Assembly (NCBI GenBank): GCA_965285935.1 | Contig: OZ260664.1 | Span: 48,050,001 to 48,114,000, forward strand | Length of the DNA stretch: 64,000 nucleotides | Direction of reading: 5' to 3' | Source of the DNA: Ophelia neglecta | Taxonomy: Eukaryota | Part shown: positions 14,001 through 24,400 of the stretch, piece by piece | Layout: every line of letters starts with the position of its first letter | Numbering within the stretch: the stretch's first letter is position 1 | The notes under the pieces: generated by a model | Database searches by the model: none | The model's input: only the letters and a program-made list of their open reading frames with translations | What the model was told of the DNA's origin: nothing | Program-made: the position numbers and the translations under genes

Positions 14001-15562
14001 AGTTAAGTGCTAATCACAAATATGTTATTCATATACTCAATTAATTCTAGTATAATTTGACACCTTGCATATGTAAGATCTATTCGTGCTTAAGAAATTA
14101 AGGATATTCAAGGTACTCCACTAAAGAAAAACAGTATGCGTCTGTGGAAAATTAATGTAATCTTCTATACTTCATGTACTGAACATTTCATACAGGTAAA
14201 AAAAATCAGGTGTGGGAGATCTGGTGGCTGGAAGGGGGAGGGGTTTCAGGTGGTTGCTGAATTTAGATTGTCATTAATACTATTATATGTTAATACACAT
14301 GCAAATGTTTTTTAATGAACACCAAATTTTATTCCCTCCTAGACTATGAGGCCAGATTCTGAAGTTTAATAAATAACACAACTGGCTGAATTGAGTAATC
14401 AAAGTTGGAATACTTTATCATTTGAAGAGTTTATGTGTGTTAACATCTCTCTTTTCATCATTGTATGTAACATAAAGTAACAAGACCATGAAGATAATGA
14501 CATCCACTTCCTACATGTGCAGTTAGGAGATAAAAATTGCTTATTTTATAATAGACTAGTTATTATCCATTTAATAAAGCCAATATAACCTATTAAACTT
14601 TTCATTCTAAAATATATATATTTCTCAGTGCATTCATTCATTATTAGAGGATAGAGCAATGCACATTTGTGTGAAATGACACCTGGTGCAAAGGAAGACT
14701 GAATCAATGAACATCATAGAGCGAAGAAAATGGCCAGCGTCAGGGTGAGTAGCTCCCTTCTAGGCAGTTCATAACATTCCAGACTTTATCAGCATTAATC
14801 AATAAAACACAGGAAGAAGGTTTTCATAATAATAATAAGAAACTTGCTAGTACATTGTTGAGATTCCACCTATCATACTCATATTTAGAACACATTTGAT
14901 TTAATAAATAACAATGCCATTTATAAAAAGAAAAGTAATGATTTTTCTTATAATGCATAAGGCAATGCTCAGACGTTGATGAGTCTCAAGACAATGGCCT
15001 CATGGCACAATGAAAGATGGCTTAGCACAGAGATAAACACAGGTGACCGTTTCAAACAAATCAATTAAGTAGTTTGTAAGAGACAACTCCCGTGGTCACC
15101 GACAATGGCAATCTGCCTCACTGCACGCATTGTAAACTAAATACATTATTTGTGATCATGGCATCATTCCTGTGATTCCCTCCCCCCCCCCCCACCCCTG
15201 CTTGATTGGGAATCCAGCTATTGTTATGAAAATATTCATAAATGCAAGACATAATGACCATGTTAGCAGAGGTTACTTTACTAATGGCAAATGCATTTGT
15301 TAATCAAAAACTTGTATAAATGGACCATAAAACTCACTTTCTTTCAGGGTAGGATCTAACAGGTAATGTCCGTGGCTCTTCTTTCAAGGATGGATGCCCT
15401 ATCTAGAATCATCCCAACTATTCAACCGGGCTTTGCTACCTTCTGTTCTGATGCCATGAACTACACTTGACATGTGCGTTCAGTGCTTAGTCTGTTGGCA
15501 GACTGGACCCCGGCAGTAGGTGAGAGGCAGAACTCATGACCGAGCTGGCACTAGACACTTAC

Positions 15563-16600
15563 TCCTGTGTTTGGTTTTCTGATTACATACTACTTTAAGT
15601 GCCAGGAATGTTTATCGTGGGAATTTTCAGCTGCATAGCCTGAAAAAAATGAATTGATTTCCATTAATGTGTAGATTATATGCAAGATCTATAAACTTTA
15701 TATTTCCATATTAGTCCATGATACGTTAGGTAGTTAAGCATGGATGGCTGTCAAATTCTATCATTTCCTGTCTTGATGGGTGTAAAGGGCTTATTAGTGT
15801 CCACTAGGAGTGTGACTTGACACTGTTGTCTAAACATGACCAATAAATATGTTACTAGGACTCAAACAAGGAAATTAATCTCAAAATACACTAGGACAAT
15901 TTGAATCAAAACCATGTGTGCTTTAATACAACACAAATTTCTTGATGACATACTGTAAATAAATAGCAAGTTCTAGAATTAACTCACCTATATGTACCAG
16001 CCTGATATACTCCTGTATATTCTAGACCACCTGCAATCATAAAATTACACAAATAACCATGAAAATTACCAATTTGAAATAGATCCAATCCCATCAATTA
16101 TAAACAGCAAGAGCAGGACCAGTGAGAAGAAAATACATTGCACTCAACATGTGCACCAAGTGTTAAAATGACTAAACTGTTTTGTACAGATATTAACATC
16201 TTACTAGTAAACCCTTAGTACACCAAAAAGGTCTTTATACACTTGATGAAGAGTTGAAATGGGGCTCACCACGGAAATTGTCAACAAGTTTCTAATCCCA
16301 GTGTTTACCCGTACAGGGTCTGACAGAGATAATGAGCTATTAGGAGATAAAGCGTAGAGTAAGAGAACTTACCTGGTCTTACTTGGCTAGCTGGCACACT
16401 GCTATTGCTTTGATGTTGATCAAGGATGCTGTGATAATGATTTTCCTCATGTTTAATCCTGTGTCTATTACCTTGATTTAGCAAACGAACGGATCATGGC
16501 TAAGCCTTTACCCCTTGAGGTAACTTCAGGTAGAGACGGGTGAAATCCCACGGGAGACACTACAAACGTCACACGCCAACTACAAAGCATCGCATCACAC
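15563..16600 (-). other. Cluster of three candidate non-coding (5'UTR/lncRNA) exons
   Basis: Exon ending 16373 (CAG|gtaagt), exon 16030-15988 (tgcag|...TAG|gtgagt) and exon 15639-15563 (ttttttttcag-type acceptor...GGA|gtaagt). Strong splice signals, but all frames of the 77-nt exon are closed. Confidence 0.35.
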
Positions 16601-17817
16601 GAACACTTGGAAAAATTGATACATATTATCTCTGTCTGAATAGCTCATGACAATGCCTAAATGATGGAACTGATTGATATTAGATCAAGCAGTATTATCT
16701 AATAATAGCTGAACATATCTAGAATAGCTGTACCAGCAAGGCTTGCCCAGTCAATTAAGGCCTGATAAAGATGGGCTGGAAGATGATAAAACAGCGGATA
16801 CAGACATTGAGTGCAAACAGCCAATGATTCTGTATAAATATAAATTGGCATCCTCCTGGTTACGGAAAGCAATATTAAATGTCTTATCATAGACTACAAT
16901 AACATTAGGAAGTGCTAGCTTTCACTCCAAGATGGAAACCTTGATTCAAATATTTACACATGTCACAACAAACATGTTTCACATAGAAATATTACATTAA
17001 TGGATGAACTGACACTGTTTAACATTATATAAGTCAATCTATCAAATTGCATTGGCAGTTGCATTAATATTGTCACCAAACAGGCCAAAGCATGAGAAGT
17101 ACGATACAACTTTACATATATAACTCGCATGTGTCAGAGACAGGAGAAATGAAAGCGCTAGACAATGAAATATAAGCAAACAACCAGTGTGTAATAATAC
17201 ATATCAAGTATATGGAAACTAGATTTCAAATGATTGGTAGTAAAGGAAACAAGATTCTAAGTAGTATTAAAAGAGGTAAAAGCCGTATCTACTAGTCATG
17301 TAACAGCCATTTAGTCAATTACTTATCTCCTTGTCAAAACATTATAAATATTTGTTGACCGATTTGAGTGAAGTGTGTGTGAAGATGGAGACATACAAAT
17401 AAATAAACCTAGCACACTATAACACCCAGATGTCATCGGGAACATTGAAATCAATCAGTTATATCTCCGTGATGTCACCTAGATGATGTAGTGTAAATAA
17501 TTTGCTGATTGGAATAAATGTCATGCTAATTGCTCACAGTGCTTGGTTCATGCCTAATTTCACTTACATTAAGGTCTCTGAAAATATTGCTGTGCCAAGA
17601 ACAATTACAGCAAGCATATCACAGGCCCATTAGCAAAACTTAGCAAAATAAAATAAACAAACCTGAATGCTGCTTAATCCATTCAATTCCTGACCATCTC
17701 TCAAATATTTCCAAATTTTGCATTTCTTCCTTATCATTGTAAGACATGGAAGTACAGACATGACTGCAAAGAAAAAATTCAGCACAATATGAAATGAGTT
17801 AAACAAACTGATGGCAT

Positions 17818-18043
17818 GGGCTTTGTGTTAAAAGAAAAAGCGAAAGTTGCAGCAAAAGGAGCTGGGCCTCTTAAAATGAGTTAGTATGATCACAATAACA
17901 ACCCCACCCTTACCCCCTTGTATCAAGAACAAAACCATGATGTTTGGGTAAGGGTTGGATTATAAAATGACGGATATTATAGATTATTGTGCTACCAATG
18001 CTGTTTTCATCGCAGTTTTTGCTTTCGCTGTTAACACAAAGCC
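17818..18043. mobile_element. MITE, copy 1
   Basis: TIR GGCTTTGTGTTAA...TTAACACAAAGCC; clearly homologous to 19159-19385. Confidence 0.65.
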
Positions 18044-18807
18044 GATGGCTAGAATAGTAGATAATATGACTTCTATGGATCTGTGACTTTATTAATTATA
18101 ATGAATATGGGTCAGCAAATTGGCACAACGTATATAAGCAGTATATGCATTCATTCATCACATTCGACACAAGCTATAGTATCAGTATCACATGGTTTTG
18201 ATATGAGCTTTCCTATGAATAATATGGCACAGACCCACATAACCAAGTTTATGTTATTAATTTTGGGGTTCAGCCTTACCTTTGTAAATTTACACCCACT
18301 AAAAAAGGGGATATGACAATCATAGTTTATAGAGTAGCAGAAATTTCCTCCAAAGCTGGAGTTAATTATGTAAAGTACTAAACCAAATTGACTGATGTTA
18401 ATAAGACTAATAAGCCCCAGGTTAATATGAACCAGGCAGCTGAAGGGGCTCCAGTAGCTTGAAGGAGGAGGACACATGGTATTAACTAAAGTTATGTCAA
18501 TATTTACAAATCAAACAAGGGGTCAAGCTTTTAGCTTTACCACACAAAATCCACCCTATCGATCCTCTAGCATAGTAGGAAAAGTGTGGGTCTTTAAACT
18601 AGCCCTTTAAATGTTATAAAAGCCTCTGTTAAGTTAGGTGTAAGTTTGCACAAATTTAACTGCCAGAGGCCGCCCGTGGCAAATTGCTGCGGGAAAATAC
18701 ATGACAGGTCAAAAATTGGCTTTTTATAGCATTAGGCAAACATTGGGGCTCCCTTATAGCTTTGAAGACCTGAAAATATCTAGCAGAGCATACATAAACC
18801 CTTTCCC

Positions 18808-19103
18808 TGGGATAGCAGCAGACCTATTAGCTAGGATAGCAACATACCTAGTAGCCAGTATGGAATGATACCTTGCAGCCAGAATAGCAACAGACCAAAT
18901 AGTCAGAACAACAGCAGGTCCAGTAGCTATATGATGGTACCAGGTCTAGTAGCTGGGATAGCAATTGGCCTGGTAGTAAGGATAGCAGTATATCTAGTAT
19001 CTAAGATAGCGGTACCTGGACCTAGTAGCTAATATAGCTAGGATAGCAGTAGGTATGGCAATTGGCCCAGTAGTTATAATAGCAGTAGACCTAGTAACTA
19101 AGA
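18808..19103. repeat. Degenerate ~24-bp minisatellite (consensus ~GGATAGCAGCAGACCTAGTAGCTA)
   Basis: About a dozen diverged tandem units visible by eye. Confidence 0.65.
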
Positions 19104-19158
19104 TGTTATACTGATGTGTACATCAGGGTACACATCTTTTGGAAGTGGAAGCCAGGTT

Positions 19159-19385
19159 GGGATTTGTTTTAAAAGCAAAAGCTGCGGCGAAAGCAGCTGG
19201 GCCTCTTAAAATGGGTTATTATGATGACAATTATAACCCACCGGCCCACCCTTACGTCCTTGTATCAAGAACAAAACCAAATGTTTGGGTAAAGGTTGGG
19301 TTATAAAATGATGGGTATAATAGATTATTGTGCTACTAATGCTGCTTTCGGCGCAACTTCCACTTTCACTGTTAACACCAAGCCC
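19159..19385. mobile_element. MITE, copy 2 (same orientation)
   Basis: Shares GCTGGGCCTCTTAAAATG, CTTGTATCAAGAACAAAACCA and ATAGATTATTGTGCTAC with copy 1. Confidence 0.65.
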
Positions 19386-19774
19386 TAGTTTGTGGATGGC
19401 ACTTTGCTACTATTGGTCAAGCTCAGGCAATACAGGCTTCATAATAAATATAGAAAAAAGCATATCTACCAAACTTGCCAAGGTAAATGCCAAGATTAGG
19501 ACACTTACTAACCTATATAAACCAGTCACAAACCCTTTCCCTAGCTCTGAAATTAACCCTCAGCCTAGTAATACCCATAAACTTCGCCTCTGCGTTTAAT
19601 CAACAGCCCATATGAGGTTACCATACACTTTCTTTGTCACATATAAAGGGCTAGGCATACTTAACGAGTGGCCACATTAAAATACTACAAGAATGGCAGC
19701 AAGCAATCACACATACCAGTCCTTTAACAAGCTAAGTATCGTAACTCTTGGTTTATTTCTAATGTCATATTAAT

Positions 19775-19859
19775 TGGCTGTATGTTAACTAAGGACCAAA
19801 CCTGGTCCCAAGTTAACATACTTAACAGTTATTTCTGGTCCTAAGTTAACATACAGCCA
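19775..19859. repeat. Short inverted repeat / mini-MITE
   Basis: TGGCTGTATGTTAACTAAGGACCA ... TGGTCCTAAGTTAACATACAGCCA, plus an internal partial copy of the right arm. Confidence 0.7.
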
Positions 19860-20039
19860 TCTAACATGACGTTTGAGATGGACTCAGAGCTATGGAACTT
19901 TGCTATCCTTAAACCCATATATCGGTACATGGAAAGTGTAGGTATTCAACAACACCACTGGAAATACCAAAAAGATAGTTATAACCTACCTATATGGTTG
20001 ATATCTGAAACTGCTTGGAAAGCACAGATATTGCAAGGT

Positions 20040-20460
20040 TGCCAATATCGCCCAAAACTAATCACGACCAGGACATAGAGCTCTATGTGCGAAGCATCAG
20101 AATTAGCAACAATTCATTTCAAAAACGCGAGAAATTAGTAAAGGTTTTCCTCTACTTAAGACCCGAAAAAGGAGGTCTTCACTTTTTAAGAAAAACGGTC
20201 CCATCTTCCTACTTCAGTCAGATTTTTTTTAAATCTTGACGGATCCTTCATATATTTGGCAAAAGACTGACACTGAAGCTCTTGTTTCTTTAAAATTTCT
20301 CCTCCCTGAAGGCGCAAAATTGGTCTCGGAATTTCGATCGAGCCTATTTTACTACTGGGTGCCAGTACTACTCAATTCTTTTATTTAGTATTTCAAATGC
20401 TAGGATTGAACTGAGTACTACTTAACGAGCACTCCAAATTCAATAAAGAGGGCGATTAAC
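20040..20460 (-). promoter_or_regulatory. CpG-enriched candidate promoter/first exon of the left-hand gene
   Basis: Local CpG density like the RPS3A and STARD10/PGM2 promoters in otherwise CpG-depleted DNA; minus-strand donor TAG|gtaggt near 19988. Confidence 0.3.
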
Positions 20461-21358
20461 CAATGATCATAAAATTGCAATTCCCTTTAAACAGGAGAGG
20501 TTGAAAAGATTGAGCTTAATTGAGGCTACCATGTTAATTTTCTAGATTCCAAAATATTCTGTTTTATGGAATGTCCTGTGGTACTATTCCTGTAGATTTG
20601 ACCCTGAAGTAGCTGTATATTTTGTTAGTGTCAAAGTTATACTACTTAATAAGAGATTACTGCAGAGGTTAAAAATGTTAGTATTGATTTAAATTAGCAA
20701 AAATTTTGCTACTCATGACTTTTGTATTTGCTTGTGTTTATAGGGCCTACATGTTTGAGGCAAATTAAGCCTCTAAAACATCTTTTTTGCAAAAGAGCAA
20801 ATTTAAACCTATGGCAATATATTTACGGTTACACTACAAATTTAGTGTTCATATATTCAGTAATTTTTTTTTAATATCCAAGGATGATGCAGAATTAGAA
20901 TAGACTCAATTTTGGAATAAATTTTGGAATAAATTCATTCGGCTGTCTTTGACCATTATCATTTCTCCTAGATTAGACCAGCATTTTAATAATGCATAGA
21001 TCTAGTTTTCACAAGGTACCTTTACAGGATATAAAGGAAGCCCCCTAGTGTACACTGGACATTAAACCAAACTCATACCATACAAAACCCAAATTTTATT
21101 GACGTGGGTTTATTTTTTCTAATTTTGCATGTAGGGTCAAAGCCCCAAAATGTATAGGGCCCATGAACGTGAAGGGTTTTTCCAGTAACCAGCCAGACTT
21201 CTCCTTATGACCAGAATACTGTCCTTGAAAGATGTTCTATACCCTTCACCCCCACCAACTGGGGCCTATCCTATACCAGCACTTTCACAGCAGACATCCT
21301 TTTTTTTTTGTTAAACCGCTAGATTAAAGCAAAAACACTTTCTTGGCTTACAATTTTT

Positions 21359-21364
21359 TTTATT
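21359..21364 (-). terminator. RPS3A polyadenylation signal AATAAA
   Basis: TTTATT on plus, ~55 nt past the stop codon; a short 3'UTR is typical of RP genes. Confidence 0.75.
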
Positions 21365-21419
21365 GGGCACAGATCTCAGTTGGCCAAATTAATTTACATT
21401 TAGTCAGCTCAACATTTGA

Positions 21420-24400
21420 TTAGACAGTAGCTAAGACTGGAGGTTCGTAGTTGTCTGGTCTATCCACCTTCTCTCCACCTTCTGTTGTGACAGTCTTGGT
21501 GGCGGAGGTTCCCTCACCATGCATTTCCATCAGCTTTCCCACTGAAAGCAACAAAATACACATATACTACTTAACCTAAAAAATTTAAGGATGGTGGAGT
21601 GTTATTTTCAGTGTAGTAAAAAATGGCTCAGTCTTAGTTAAACTAAGTAGACTGAGGCCACAGGGCGCAGTCTAGTTAACCAGAAAGTTAGCTTCAAAGC
21701 CTGGACCCCCCCCCCCCTCCCCCACATATGTAGTACTAGGAAAGCTTAGAAATGATCAACAAAGCTAAAAAATAATGTAAGCTGGCCACAACCTATATCA
21801 TAACTTTCCTAATGTTGGGTACCATTAAAAAAATTGTTTGGAAATGTCCCTTTTGCATCGAGTGACTGTTTGCAAAGATTAAAAGGGTTTTTCCACTTTA
21901 ATGCCAGCTGGGGAGGCTTACATTAGGCAAACATGTTTTCTTGAGACCTAGTTGTGCTTAATTTTAAATCCATAATTCCCTCCCATATTATTTCCCCATT
22001 TTTCTTCAGGCAGTTGAGGAGGAATACACTTGTTTGACTCCTGTCCACACTGTCCCTCTAACATTGGTGGTTTTTCACACATATACTCACAATCAAATTT
22101 GGGTTTCTTCAAGATTTTGACCTTGCGGATGCAGACATCATGTAGTGGGTAGACTCCTTGGCTGGCTTTTTCAATGTCCTTACCAACACTGTCTGGAATC
22201 CTGTTAACAACAAAGAAAGGTGTCACTATTATTATTTTTAGAATATTGATAGAAATCAGATTTGCACAGAATATTTGGTAACACTGCAAGATGATATCTC
22301 AATCAAATATTAGGACAGAAATTATTCTGCAGGCTGCTACATCAAATGAAGATTTCCTCACCCGAGCCCCCCCCCCCCCCCAAGAGCATGCTGTCGGTAC
22401 CAGCATTAGATTGGATGGATGTTTGGGGTTTTATGTGACTTTCAACACTTTTATATTCATATTGCCCCAGTGCCTACTTATAACAGTGGGCTCATTGCAC
22501 TCTTTATAGTGCTGCCTCACTGGAGTAACTGCAGTAGACACCAGACAGGTAACCCCATCCAGTCATGTTTTACGGACACCAGGCTGATCAATCCTGATAC
22601 AACCCCTTACCAGGCGCCTGGCAGGGGATCTATCCGTACCTATTTTTTGTCTTAGGTTTAATATGATCGACATTTTAACCCCGTATCTATCACTGGGGAG
22701 GACATCACCCTTACCACTAGGCCACGCTTTGTTGAATCGTACCAGCATTAGGCAAATCCGTGAAATTAAAAGGATCACAAAAATTAGTGGCCCAGTGAGG
22801 ACATATTGTAGAACCTCTAAATGCTAAATTAAGGGCAGAGAAATAATTTGTGTACCAAAATGGCAAATAGTAAGGGCAGCAAATTAAAGGGTTTTACAGT
22901 ATCACCATTCGGCCCAGTGAAATCAAATCTTCTACAGTAGGCAGGCTCTTCAAAAGCAAATAAAGAAGGATCTTGACATGTTTTCATAACTTTCTTTGCA
23001 ATAACCCCTGCTAGGACTTACAGTTTGTGTACAACTTCCTTAAGATCATTTGATGAAACCTCACGTGTCATGATGTCCACCATTTTCTTCCTGATGGATC
23101 GTACCTATGAATTTGAAATAGAAAATCTTAGTTGACTACAGTTACCAATTGGAGGAATGACAGGCATGATGAGTGGGGCAAAGCTGTCATCCAAAAGGCC
23201 CTCGGGCAACTAGGGGTGTACACCCAAAAGACCTTGATTCTCATCCGGCTAGCCAGGGTCAGGTAAAAGTGATTTGTATTTTTGTCTGTTCCAGGACTTA
23301 ACCAAATTGACAACCAATTAAAGCCACTTTACTTAAAACTTGCCAGACAGCGCAATATGCACAAATATAATTATTAAATACATTTGCAAACTTTTACCTG
23401 TGTACTTTGGGCATAACAAGTTTTCTTGATCTGATTTGGTCTCTTGTTGGTGAATCCAATACAAAACATTCTCAACAGATATCCGTCTGTGGTCTTGGCA
23501 TCAACATTTGCCTCAATAAGTGTCTGCAGAGAGCAAATAGAATTAAATAAATCAAATTATTTTGCCAGTAAAAGTGTCCCATAAATTATTTGTTAACAAG
23601 AAGATATATAAAACATTAAGAAAAATTTCTCCTTTTATTCAATGTTATACAAATTCTGAGCAGTCTGCACTAAGAATGAAAAGGCTCCTTTACCTGCCAT
23701 TTCTTCACCATAGACCTCAATTTGTCTGTTGTCATGTTCATTCCATGGAAGTTGGTGAGAACATTTCTGCCCTGAACGTCCTCCGCAACAAGCTTGAATT
23801 TACGGAAACTGTATTCGTCATTCTGAAGATCAGCTAATGAGACCTCAAACACACGTCCCTTCAGTCCATCAGAGGCAATTTCTAAATAAATAAATAAAAT
23901 GGAGCCTGTAGTACAAATTCTAAATACGCCTGGTGTATAAACTGATAGGCTTTCAGTTGACACACAGCTAGCTTTACCTTTCTGATTATATTTAAACCAG
24001 CCATATTTTTATCTTTCACTCCTCTGGTTAGGACAAGTGGTATGCCATCTACGACATTGGATATCAATCTCATGCCAGTTATAAATCAACTTTAGAAAAT
24101 ACTTTTCAAAGAAGACCAGGCATTTACATACATGTACATGATTACTATTACTTTCAGGCCTGTAGAAATAATGATTCACAGCCAAATAACTGATAAATAT
24201 TTTTCAGCATTAAATTGACCTTGGGGCAATGCTGAAAATCGGTTTCAGCTTATTGTAATACTTCCAGGGTTGGGGCATAGTACATTGTAATAAATACTTC
24301 GTACTACTAAATACTTAGTACTTTGTAATAAGTACTAATACTAAATACTTTTTTCCAAAACTAAAAAGTACTAGTATTAATACTAAGTACATTTGTAAAG

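Noticed and set aside
14970-15000. TTGATGAGTCTCAAGAC, hammerhead-ribozyme-like core
   Set aside because: Lacks exact CTGATGA and the GAAA; the other CTGATGA sites checked also lack stem II plus GAAA.
21842-21935. Hairpin CCCTTTT...AAAAGGG followed by ACA in RPS3A intron 6 (H/ACA snoRNA?)
   Set aside because: No proper ANANNA H-box, weak 5' hairpin and poor pocket geometry.
23150-23270. Structured GC-rich segment in RPS3A intron 4 (snoRNA or SECIS?)
   Set aside because: No correctly placed C/D, H/ACA or SECIS motifs; GGCCCTCGGG and CATCCGGCTAGCC look like MITE remnants.
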